A stretch of DNA of 64,000 bases from Eledone cirrhosa (lineage: Eukaryota): contig OZ024741.1 in the NCBI GenBank assembly GCA_964016885.1, forward strand, positions 272,242,001-272,306,000. Direction: 5' to 3'. Shown piece after piece: positions 1 to 10,450 of the stretch (positions are counted from its first letter, which is position 1; every line of letters starts with the position of its first letter). The notes under the pieces were generated by a model. It was not told the DNA's origin. It ran no database searches and saw only the letters and a program-made list of their open reading frames with translations. Made by a program: the position numbers and the translations under genes.

Positions 1-64
1 GATATATTAGTCCTCATTCCTAAGTGATTACTTACAACAAACTCCATATTCAGTTCATTTAACG

Positions 65-212
65 ATGTCTTTACCAACAGCTTCCCGTATCATAACACGA
101 TGTTTAGCTGGCAGGATGATGACCACGGCTGCAGACTCACTTGATGCTTTGACTGTCATTCACAAACCTAATTTGAATAAATTTATTATAGATTTACCAC
201 CACAACCTCCAA
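65..212 (+). CDS. NATD1: Exon 1 of NATD1-like GNAT acetyltransferase gene (MSLPTASRIITRCLAGRMMTTAADSLDALTVIHKPNLNKFIIDLPPQPP, ends in phase 1)
   Basis: ATG at 65 with A at -3 and an upstream in-frame TAG at 8-10. Strong GTAAGT donor at 213. Phase 1 matches the acceptor at 2850 (A+AT=Asn). LTVIHKPNLNKFIIDL aligns with the NATD1 N-terminal strand as I recall it (human IRVEHDRRRRQFTVRL). Confidence 0.8.
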
Positions 213-308
213 GTAAGTTTGGCTGTGTTAGACCTATGATAGTTGTAAACATTAAAATGCCGCTTGTGTTGTTTGTGTCTCGGCATTGTTATTGTTATAT
301 ATCGATAT

Positions 309-490
309 AAGGTTGTGTGGGTGGTAGAATTGTTAGCGCATCGGACCAAGTACTTTCTTGTTTTTTACGTTCTAAGTTCAAATCACAGTACCGGGGTTGG
401 TAAAATAAAGTACTAGTCCGTTACCCCGCCTCCCCCTGACACACGCACACACACAAATTGCTGGCCTTGTGCCTATGTTAAAAACTATTA
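309..490 (+). mobile_element. Degenerate tRNA-derived SINE, octopus/cephalopod type
   Basis: A-box-like tggtagaattgttagcgca, B-box-like gttctaagttcaaatc, then cggggttggtaaaataaagtactagt and tail aaattgctggccttgtgcc. These blocks resemble the abundant Octopus SINE consensus as recalled; not database-checked. Confidence 0.6.
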
Positions 491-1430
491 TCAACATCGA
501 TATATATATTTTTAATCTTGTTTATCCCTGATCCAACAGATGTAGGAGCAAAAACGTTCCAACCATGCCTATATATTCTTTTATTTTCCTCATAGTCGTC
601 TCTAGACGTGCGATATGAAAGAGATTGTAACTGCTATTTCAAGCAGGTCAAGCAACCAAGCAGAGGCTCGGTTGTTTTGGTGGATATTGTAGTTATTGAG
701 ATGACCTTTAGTAATTCTTGTTTGTTTGTTAAGGCTCACATTTTAAGTATGTCTAGCCAGCCTCTTATGAAGTATCTCTCAGGAAATTTCGGTGAACTTT
801 TACATACTTTCGGGTCCCAAATAGTGTGTGTGGGGTGGGGGTGGGGGGTCGATAATTTTTCAGATTGTCTCCGTTGATTTAAAAAGAAACAAAACCGAAT
901 TAGTCGTTTAGCTTACATATTGAGACCCCCAACCCATCCTATTCATTTTATAATTATGGTATTTCTAGTCATGTACTTTTTTGTTATGTATAATGTTTTT
1001 TAATGTCTAAAGAAAATTAATTGTCGCAGGAATGCGACCACTTAAAATAGAATTTCACTGGGGATAGATTAGCAAAATCTAAAACGCAGGAGTTGCGAAA
1101 TATCTGAAAAATTAATAAGCGGTGTTTGTGTTTTCAATGATACTGACTTCCAAACCCTTTTTTATATCGGAGGGGGGACAATATTTTTAAAGAACATTAA
1201 AAAAAATTAAAATCCCCTTATTGGACACGAAGCCACACTGAAAGTAATTTTATATTGAATAACCGAGCCAATGACAACCTGTCTGGTGTTGGGTTTGTGT
1301 TAAGAAAACAAGGAGTGCTGATCCCCACCTCCTCCTTGTAAGTAAAAAAACGAATAATTCCAGATGGCTTTGAAGGTCAGATTTGTTCAAAACACTCTTT
1401 AAAAATGTAGGAAACATTTTAATGAAATTT

Positions 1431-1568
1431 CCGAGTGTGGGGAAATTTCGAGGATTCCCCCTCCTTCCCCTTCCGATATCTGAAAAACAAGTCATTCCCG
1501 AGTGTGGGGAAATTTCGAGCATCCCCTGTCCTTCCGTCTCCGATATCTGAAAAACAAGTCATTTCCGA
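1431..1568. repeat. Two-copy 67-bp tandem duplication
   Basis: ccgagtgtggggaaatttcgag...ccgatatctgaaaaacaagtcatt starts at 1431 and at 1498. It is flanked by a ~25-bp direct repeat (ttgaaggtcagatttgttcaaaacac ~1370 / ttggaggtcagattcgttgaaagcac ~1574). Confidence 0.85.
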
Positions 1569-1599
1569 CTAGTTTGGAGGTCAGATTCGTTGAAAGCAC

Positions 1600-1625
<26 letters not shown>
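1600..1625 (+). repeat. Poly(A) tract (26 nt)
   Basis: Directly visible A run. Confidence 0.95.
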
Positions 1626-1632
<7 letters not shown>

Positions 1633-1670
1633 TGAATTGGAAACGGGTTTTTCTGTAAATTTTACCGAAA

Positions 1671-1951
1671 TTTCTTTGGGTGTTTTAATGATACAATAGG
1701 ACCCAGTCTTATGTTGATACTGCTCACATATATAAAAGCTTAGCAATCCTCCTATGATGTTGCGTCTTGTAGGAGTTCTTTTTTTTTCCAGGTATTGGAT
1801 GTAATAATAGGGGCCACAGTCGTATTAGGTTGTTACAGTCCACACTTATGTAAGTTTAGCTAGCTTTCATGAAATTGCATCTCTTAAGGGGTTTCTTTGG
1901 GTGTTTTAATAATAGGGACCCCAGTACTATTATATGACTATTTTCCAGGTA
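1671..1951. repeat. Degenerate local direct repeats
   Basis: tttctttgggtgttttaat...aatagg(g)accc(c)agt at ~1671 and ~1892, a partial copy (taataatagggg-ccacagt) at ~1802, and ttttccaggta at ~1785 and ~1941. Confidence 0.55.
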
Positions 1952-1967
1952 GAGCCACTACTTCTCT

Positions 1968-2795
1968 GAATTGAGAGATCACAGCTCTAATACTACCAAC
2001 ATGTGGTTAGAATATCTCAGGAAAGAATCGCTTGGCAGAATTAAGAGATCACAGCTCTGATACTACCGACATGTGGTTAGAATATCTCAAGAAAGAATCG
2101 CTGGGCAGAATTAAGAGATCACAGTTCTAAAATACTACCAACATATGGTTAGAATATCCCAGGGAAGAATCACTGGGAGGAATTAAGAGATCACAGCTCT
2201 GTCACTACCAACATGTGGTTAGAATATCTCAGGAAAGAATCGCTGGGCAGAATTAAGAGATCACAGCTCTGATACTACCGACATGAGGTTAGAATATCTC
2301 AAGAAAGAATTGCTGGGCAGAATTAAGAGATCACAGCTCTAATACTACCAACATATGGTTAGAATATCCCAGAAAGAATACAAGGGAGGAATTAAGAGAT
2401 CACAGTTCTGACACTACCAACATGTGGTTAGAATATCTCAGGAAAGAATCGCTGGGCAGAATCACAGCTCTGATACTACCGACATGTTGTTAGAATGTCT
2501 CAGAAAAGAATCGCTGGACAGAATTAAGAGATAACACCTCCGATACTACTGACATACTAGAATGTCTCAGGAAAGAATCCCTGGACATAATTGAGAGATC
2601 ACAGCTCCGATACTACCAACATGTGGTTAGAATGTCTCAGGAAAGAATCGCTGGATAGAATTAAGAGATAACACCTTCGATACTACTGACATGACACAAT
2701 TTCTCGGGAAAGAATCCCTGGACAGAATTGAGAGATCACAGCTCCGATACTACCGGCATGTAGTTAGAATGTCTCACAAAAGAACCATTAGACAG
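1968..2795. repeat. 70-bp minisatellite, ~12 copies, in intron 1
   Basis: Consensus gaattaagagatcacagctctgatactaccaacatgtggttagaatatctcaggaaagaatcgctgggca; unit starts at ~1968, 2038, 2108, 2180, 2250, 2320, 2389, 2459, 2521, 2588, 2658, 2725. Confidence 0.95.
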
Positions 2796-2850
2796 TTATC
2801 TTCCTACTAAAAAGTTTATCTGATATTTATGTTTTTCCTGTTTTTATCAG

Positions 2851-2978
2851 ATCACACATCAGCAAGTGAAGCTATTCTGGAGTATGAATGGTTGACAGAG
2901 AGTCAAGGAGTTGATCTATACCACACTGAAGTACCAGCACATTATCAAGGAAAGGGAATCGCTAAAGAATTGACAAAA
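2851..2978 (+). CDS. NATD1: Exon 2 of NATD1-like gene (N)HTSASEAILEYEWLTESQGVDLYHTEVPAHYQGKGIAKELTK
   Basis: AG acceptor at 2849-2850 and GTAATA donor at 2979 (phase 0). The translation contains the NATD1/YjdJ-type signature A-x-L-x-Y-E...VDLxHTEVP-x-x-Y-(Q/R)-G-(K/R)-GIAK, including the GNAT acetyl-CoA-binding motif-A loop (YQGKGIA). Human NATD1, from memory, reads AVLLYEY...[23 protein letters not shown]. Confidence 0.9.
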
Positions 2979-3100
2979 GTAATATACTTACATTCTTTGC
3001 CTTTATAAATTCAAGTTGGGATATTTTTAGGGTAACATGCATGGCTGTGTGTTGACGCATTTCGCTTTGCAATAAGGTTTCAGATTTTAATGCTGCTACC

Positions 3101-4450
3101 TGGCACCTTGAGTCTGTGTCTTTTACTTTAGCCTCTGACTGTCCACTGTCATGGTGGCACCTTGAGTCGGTGTCTTTTACTTTAGCCTCTGACTGTCCAC
3201 TGTCATGGTGGCACCTTGAGTCTGTGTCTTTTACTTTAGCCTCTGACTGTCCACTGTCATGGTGGCACCTTGAGTCGGTGTCTTTTACTTTAGCCTCTGA
3301 CTGTCCACTGTCATGGTGGCACCTTGAGTCGGTGTCTTTTACTTTAGCCTCTGACTGTCCACTGTCATGGTGGCACCTTGAGGCTGTATCTTGTACTTTA
3401 GCCTCTGACTGTCCACTGTCATGGTGGCACCTTGAGTCTGTGTCTTTTACTTTAGCCTCTGACTGTCCACTGTCATGGTGGCACCTTGAGTCGGTGTCTT
3501 TTACTTTAGCCTCTGACTGTCCACTGTCATGGTGGCACCTTGAGTCGGTGTCTTTTACTTTAGCCTCTGACTGTCCACTGTCATGGTGGCACCTTGAGGC
3601 TGTATCTTGTACTTTAGCCTCTGACTGTCCACTGTCATGGTGGCACCTTGAGTCTGTGTCTTTTACTTTAGCCTCTGACTGTCCACTGTCATGGTGGCAC
3701 CTTGAGTCGGTGTCTTTTACTTTAGCCTCTGACTGTCCACTGTCATGGTGGCACCTTGAGTCGGTGTCTTTTACTTTAGCCTCTGACTGTCCACTGTCAT
3801 GGTGGCACCTTGAGGCTGTATCTTGTACTTTAGCCTCTGACTGTCCACTGTCATGGTGGCACCTTGAGTCTGTGTCTTTTACTTTAGCCTCTGACTGTCC
3901 ACTGTCATGGTGGCACCTTGAGTCGGTGTCTTTTACTTTAGCCTCTGACTGTCCACTGTCATGGTGGCACCTTGAGTCGGTGTCTTTTACTTTAGCCTCT
4001 GACTGTCCACTGTCATGGTGGCACCTTGAGTCTGTGTCTTGTACTTTAGCCTCTGACTGTCCACTGTCATGGTGGCACCTTGAGTCGGTGTCTTTTACTT
4101 TAGCCTCTGACTGTCCACTGTCATGGTGGCACCTTGAGTCGGTGTCTTTTACTTTAGCCTCTGACTGTCCACTGTCATGGTGGCACCTTGAGTCGGTGTC
4201 TTTTACTTTAGCCTCTGACTGTCCACTGTCATGGTGGCACCTTGAGTCGGTGTCTTTTACTTTAGCCTCTGACTGTCCACTGTCATGGTGGCACCTTGAG
4301 TCGGTGTCTTTTACTTTAGCCTCTGACTGTCCACTGTCATGGTGGCACCTTGAGTCTGTGTCTTTTACTTTAGCCTCTGACTGTCCACTGTCATGGTGGC
4401 ACCTTGAGTCGGTGTCTTTTACTTTAGCCTCTGACTGTCCACTGTCATGG
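3101..4450 (+). repeat. Highly homogeneous left-edge subarray with 216-bp (4-monomer) higher-order unit
   Basis: About 25 full-length monomers without indels. The variant aggctgtatcttgtac occurs at 3381, 3597 and 3813 (216-bp spacing). The CpG variant gagtcggtg is seen only here. Confidence 0.9.
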
Positions 4451-7400
4451 TGGCACCTTGAGTCTGTGTCTTTTTCTTCAGCCTCTGACTGTCCACTGTC
4501 TTGGTGGTACCTTGAGTCTGTGTCTTTTTCTTCAGCCTCTGACTGTCCACTGTCATGGTGGCACCTTGAGTCTGTGTCTTTTTCTTCAGCCTCTGACTGT
4601 CCACTGTCATGGTGGCACCTTGAGTCTGTCTTGTACTTTAGCCTCTGACTGTCCACTGTCTTGGTGGTACCTTGAGTCTGTGTCTTGTACTTTAGCCTCT
4701 GACTGTCCACTGTCATGGTGGCACCTTGAGTCTGTCTTGTACTTTAGCCTCTGACTGTCCACTGTCTTGGTGGCACCTTGGGTCTGTGTCTTGTACTTTA
4801 GCCTCTGACTGTCCACTGTCTTGGTGGTACCTTGAGTCTGTGTCTTGTACTTTAGCCTCTGACTGTCCACTGTCATGGTGGCACCTTGAGTCTGTGTCTT
4901 GTACTTTAGACTCTGACTGTCCACTGTCATGGTGGCACCTTGAGTCTGGTTCTTGTACTTTAGCCTCTGACTGTCCACTGTCATGGTGGCACCTTGGGTC
5001 TGTGTCTTTTTCTTCAGCCTCTGACTGTCCACTGTCATGGTGGGACCTTGAGTCTGTGTCTTGAACTTTAGCCTCTGACTGTCCTGTGTCATGGTGGCAC
5101 CTTGAGTCTGTGTCTTGTACTTTAGCCTATGACTGTCCACTGTCATGGTGGCACCTTGAGTCTGGTTCTTGTACTTTAGCCTCTGATTGTCCACTGTTAT
5201 GGTGGCACCTTGGGTCTGTGTCTTGTACTTTAGCCTCTGACTGTCCAGTGTCATGGTGGCACCTTGAGTCTGTATCTTGTACTTTACCCTCTGAGTGTCC
5301 ATGTCATGGTGGTACCTTGGGTCTGTGTCTTTTTCTTTAGCCTCTGACTGTCCAGTGTCATGGTGGCACCTTGAGTCTGTGTCTTGTACTTTAGCCTCTG
5401 ACTGTCCACTGTCATGGTGGCACCTTGAGTCTGTGTCTTGTACTTTAGCCTCTGACTGTCCACTGACATGGTGGCACCTTCAGTCTGTGTCTTGTACTTT
5501 AGCCTCTGACTGTCCACTGTCATGGTGGCACCTTGAGTCTGTGTCTTGTACTTTAGCCTCTGACTGTCCAGTGTCTTGGTGGCACCTTGAGTCTGTGTCT
5601 TGTACTTTAGCTTCTGACTGTCCACTGTCATGGTGGCACCTTGAGTCTGTGTCTTTTACTTTAGCCTCTGACTATCCAGTGTCTTGGTGGCACCTTGAGT
5701 CTGTGTCTTGTACTTTAGCTTCTGACTGTCCACTGACATGGTGGCACCTTGGGTCTGTGTCTTTTACTTTAACCTCTGACTATCCAGTGTCTTGGTGGCA
5801 CCTTGGGTCTGTGTCTTGTACTTTAGCCTCTGACTGTCCAGTGTCTTGGTGGCACCTTGCATCTGTCTTATACTTTAGCCTCTGACTGTCCACTGTCATG
5901 GTGGCACCTTGGGTCTGTCTTTTACTTTAGCCTCTTACTTGGTGGCACCTTTGGCCTTGTGTCTGTCTTTTACTTTAGCCTCTGACTGTCCAGTGTCTTG
6001 GCGGCACCTTGGGTCTGTATCTTGTACTTTATCCTCTGACTGTCCACTGTCTTGGTGGCACCTTGCATCTGTCTTATACTTTAGCCTCTGACTGTCTTGG
6101 TGGCACCTTGGGTCTGTATCTTTTACTTCAGCCTCTGACTGTCCAGTGTCATGGTGGCACCTTGGGTCTGTGTCTTTTACTTTAACCTCTGACTATCCAG
6201 TGTCTTGGTGGCACCTTGAGTCTGTGTCTTGTACATTAGCTTCTGACTGTCCACTGTCATGGTGGCACCTTGAGTCTGTGTCTTGTACTTTAGCCTCTGA
6301 CTGTCCAGTGTCTTGGTGGCACCTTGCATCTGTCTTATACTTTAGCCTCTGACTGTCCACTGTCATGGTGGCACCTTGGGTCTGTCTTTTACTTTAGCTT
6401 CTTACTTGGTGGCACCTTTGGCCTTGTGTCTGTCTTTTACTTTAGCCTCTGACTGTCCAGTGTCTTGGTGGCACCTTGGGTCTGTATCTTGTACTTTAGC
6501 CTCTGACTGTCCACTGTCTTGGTGGCACCTTGCATCTGTCTTATACTTTAGCCTCTGACTGTCTTGGTGGCACCTTGGGTCTGTATATTTTACTTTAGCC
6601 TCTGACTGTCCAGTGTCTTCGTGGCACCTTGGGTCTGTGTCTTTTACTTTAGCCTCTGACTGTCCAGTGTCTTGGTGGCACCTTGGGTCTGTGTCTTGTA
6701 CTTTAGCCTCTGACTCTCCACTGTCATGGTGGTACCTTGGGTCTGTGTTTTTTACTTTAGCCTCTGACTCTCCACTGTCATGGTGGCACCTTGAGTCTGT
6801 GTCTTGTACTTTAGCCTCTGACTGTCCACTGTCATGGTGGCATCTTGAGTCTGTGTCTTGTACTTTAGTCTCTGACTGTCCAGTGTCATGGTGGCACCTT
6901 GAGTCTGTGTTTTGTACTTTAGCCTCTGACTGTTCACTGTCATGGTGGCACCTTGAGCCTGTGTCTTGTACTTTAGCCTCTGACTGTCCACTGTCATGGT
7001 GGAATCTTGAGTCTGTGTCTTGTACTTTAGTCTGTGATTGTCCACTGTCATGGTGGCACCTTGAGTCTGTGTCTTGTACTTTAGCCTCTGACTGTCCACT
7101 GTCATGGTGGGTCCTTGAATGTGTGTCTTGTACTTTAGCCTCTGACTGTCCACTGTCATGGTGGCACCTTGAGTCTGTGTCTTTTTCTTCAGCCTCTGAC
7201 TGTCCACTGTCTTGGTGGTACCTTGAGTCTGTGTCTTGTACTTTAGCCTCTGACTGTCCACTGTCATGGTGGGTCCTTGAATCTGTGTCTTGTACTTTAG
7301 CCTCTGACTGTCCACTGTCATGGTGGCACCTTGAGTCTGTGTTTTGTACTTTAGCCTCTGATTGTCCAGTGTCATGGTGGCACCTTGAGTCTGTGTTTTG

Positions 7401-10400
7401 TACTTTAGCCCCTGACTGTTCACTGTCATGGTGGCACCTTGAGTCTGTGTCTTGTACTTTAGCCTCTGACTGTCCACTGTCATGGTGGCACCTTGAGTCT
7501 GTCTTGTACTTTAGCCTCTGACTGTCCACTGTCTTGGTGGTACCTTGAGTCTGTGTCTTGTACTTTAGCCTCTGACTCTCCACTGTCATGGTGGCACCTT
7601 GAGTCTGTGTCTTGTACTTTAGACTCTGACTGTCCAGTGTAATGGTGGCACCTTGAGTCTGTGTCTTGTACTTTAGCCTCTGACTGTCCAGTCTCATGGT
7701 GGCACCTTGAGTCTGGTTCTTGTACTTTAGCCTCTGACTGTCCACTGTTATGGTGGCACCTTGGGTCTGTGTCTTGTACTTTAGCCTCTGACTGTCCAGT
7801 GTCATGGTGGCACCTTGAGGCTGTATTTGTACTTTAGCATCTGAGTGTCCATGTCATGATGGCACCTTGGGTCTGTGTCTTTTTCTTCAGCCTCTGACTG
7901 TCCACTGTCATGGTGGCACCTTCAGTCTGTGTCTTGTACTTTAGCCTCTGACTGTTCACTATCATGGTGGCACCTTGAGTCTGTATCTTGTACTTTAGCC
8001 TCTGACTGTCCACTGTCATGGTGGCACCTTGAGTCTGTGTCTTCTACTTTAGCCTCTGACTGTCCACTGTCATGGTGGCACTTTGAGTCTGTGTCTCCTA
8101 CTTTAGCCTCTGACTGTCCACTGTCATGGTGGCACCTTGAGTATGTGTCTTGTACTCTAGCTTCTGACTGTCCACTGTCATGGTGGCACCTTGAGTCTGT
8201 GTCTTGTACTTTAGCCTCTGACTGTCCAGTGTCTTGGTGGCACCTTGCATCTGTCTTATACTTTAGCCTCTGACTGTCCACTGTCATGGTGGCACCTTGG
8301 GTCTGTCTTTTACTTTAGCCTCTTTCTTGGTGGCACCTTTGGCCTTGTGTCTGTCTTTTACTTTAGCCTCTGACTGTCCAGTGTCTTGGTGGCACCTTGG
8401 GTCTGTATCTTGTACTTTAGCCTCTGACTGTCCACTGTCTTGGTGGCACCTTGCATCTGTCTTATACTTTAGCCTCTGACTGTCTTGGTGGCACCTTGGG
8501 TCTGTGTCTTTTACTTTAGCCTCTGACTGTCCAGTGTCTTGGTAGTACCTTGGGTCTGTGTCTTGTACTTTAGCCTCTGACTGTCCACTGTCATGGTGGT
8601 ACCTTGGGTCTGTGTTTTTTACTTTAGCCTCTGACTCTCCACTCTCATGGTGGCACCTTGAGTCTGTGTCTTGTACTTTAGCCTCTGACTGTCCAGTGTC
8701 ATGGTGGCACCTTGGGTCTGTGTCTTGTACTTTAGCCTCTGACTGTCCACTGTCTTGGTGGCACCTTCAGTCTGTGTCTTGTACTTTAGCCTCTGACTCT
8801 CCACTGTCATGGTGGCACCTTGAGTCTGTGTCTTGTACTTTAGCCTCTGACTGTCCACTGTCATGGTGGCACCTTGAGTCTGTGTCTTGTACTTTAGCCT
8901 CTGACTGTCCACTGACATGGTGGCACCTTCAGTCTGTGTCTTGTACTTTAGCCTCTGACTGTCCACTATCATGGTGGCACCTTGAGTCTGTGTCTTGTAC
9001 TTTAGCCTCTGACTGTCCAGTGTCTTGGTGGCACCTTGAGTCTGTGTCTTGTACTTTAGCTTCTGACTGTCCACTGTCATGGTGGCACCTTGAGTCTGTG
9101 TCTTTTACTTTAGCCTCTGACTATCCAGTGTCTTGATGGCACCTTGAGTCTGTGTCTTGTACTTTAGCTTCTGACTGTCCACTGACATGGTGGCACCTTG
9201 GGTCTGTGTCTTTTACTTTAACCTCTGACTATCCAGTGTCTTGGTGGCACCTTGGGTCTGTGTCTTGTACTTTAGCCGCTGACTGTCCAGTGTCTTGGTG
9301 GCACCTTGCATCTGTCTTATACTTTAGCCTCTGACTGTCCACTGTCATGGTGGCACCTTGGGTCTGTCTTTTACTTTAGCCTCTTACTTGGTGGCACCTT
9401 TGGCCTTGTGTCTGTCTTTTACTTTAGCCTCTGACTGTCCAGTGTCTTGGTGGCACCTTGGGTCTGTATCTTGTACTTTAGCCTCTGACTGTCCACTGTC
9501 TTGGTGGCACCTTGCATCTGTCTTATACTTTAGCCTCTGACTGTCTTGGTGACACCTTGGGTCTGTATCTTTTACTTCAGCCTCTGACTGTCCAGTGTCA
9601 TGGTGGCACCTTGGGTCTGTGTCTTTTACTTTAACCTCTGACTATCCAGTGTCTTGGTGGCACCTTGAGTCTGTGTCTTGTACATTAGCTTCTGACTGTC
9701 CACTGTCATGGTGGCACCTTGAGTCTGTGTCTTGTACTTTAGCCTCTGACTGTCCAGTGTCTTGGTGGCACCTTGCATCTGTCTTATACTTTAGCCTCTG
9801 ACTGTCCACTGTCATGGTGGCACCTTGGGTCTGTCTTTTACTTTAGCCTCTTACTTGGTGGCACCTTTGGCCTTGTGTCTGTCTTTTACTTTAGCCTCTG
9901 ACTGTCCACTGTCTTGGTGGCACCTTGCATCTGTCTTATACTTTAGCCTCTGACTGTCTTGGTGGCACCTTGGGTCTGTATATTTTACTTTAGCCTCTGA
10001 CTGTCCAGTGTCTTCGTGGCACCTTGGGTCTGTGTCTTGTACTTTAGCCTCTGACTGTCCACTGTCATGGTGGTACCTTGTGTCTGTGTTTTTTACTTTA
10101 GCCTCTGACTCTCCACTGTCATGGTGGCACCTTGAGTCTGTGTCTTGTACTTTAGCCTCTGACTGTCCACTGTCATGGTGGCATCTTGAGTCTGTGTCTT
10201 GTACTTTAGTCTATGACTGTCCACTGTCATGGTGGCACCCTGAGTCTGTGTCTTGTACTTTAGCCTCTGACTGTCCACTGTCATGGTGGCAGCTTGAGTC
10301 TGTGTCTTGTACTTTAGCCTCTGACTGTCCACTGTCATGGTGGCACCTTGAGTCTGTGTCTTGTACTTTAGCCTCTGACTGTCCACTGTCATGGTGGCAC

Positions 10401-10450
10401 CTTGAGTCTGTCTTGTACTTTAGCCTCTGACTGTCCACTGTCTTGGTGGT

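Larger units (their letters stand above)
213..2850 (+). other. Intron 1 of NATD1-like gene (2,638 bp)
   Basis: GTAAGT at 213; polypyrimidine tract and AG (gtttttcctgtttttatcag) ending at 2850; flanking exons join in frame. Confidence 0.8.

Noticed and set aside
50-55. Initiator-like TCAGTT just upstream of the ATG
   Set aside because: A single hexamer that would give a ~10-nt 5' UTR. Only 64 bp of upstream context is available, so a promoter call cannot be supported.
213-310. 3' part of the 81-aa ORF 65-310
   Set aside because: Read-through into intron 1 past a strong GTAAGT donor; family similarity continues in exon 2 instead.
811-848. G-quadruplex candidate (ggg...ggggtgggggtggggg)
   Set aside because: Only three closely spaced G runs; the fourth is ~17 nt away. 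This is common low-complexity sequence.
608-1746. ORFs 608-877, 1250-1522, 1492-1746 and 1502-1699
   Set aside because: Short, intronic and mostly with non-ATG starts. They have no recognisable domains and include poly-K/poly-F from the A tract.
3031-3131. Nearby alternative exon 3 using AGs at 3030 or 3083
   Set aside because: Phase-0 translations (GNMHGCVLTHFALQ*; ILMLLPGTLSLCLLL*) have no resemblance to the NATD1 C-terminus.
2962-4716. 584-aa minus-strand ORF (DTDSRCHHDSGQSEAKVK)n and 510-aa plus-strand ORF (SFTLASDCPLSWWHLESV)n as repeat-protein genes
   Set aside because: The monomer is 54 bp (18 codons) and stop-free in several frames on both strands, so long ORFs arise automatically. 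Elsewhere the frames are broken constantly by 1-, 2- and 7-bp deletions. There is no signal peptide or non-repeat domain, and the minus ORF overlaps a real exon antisense.
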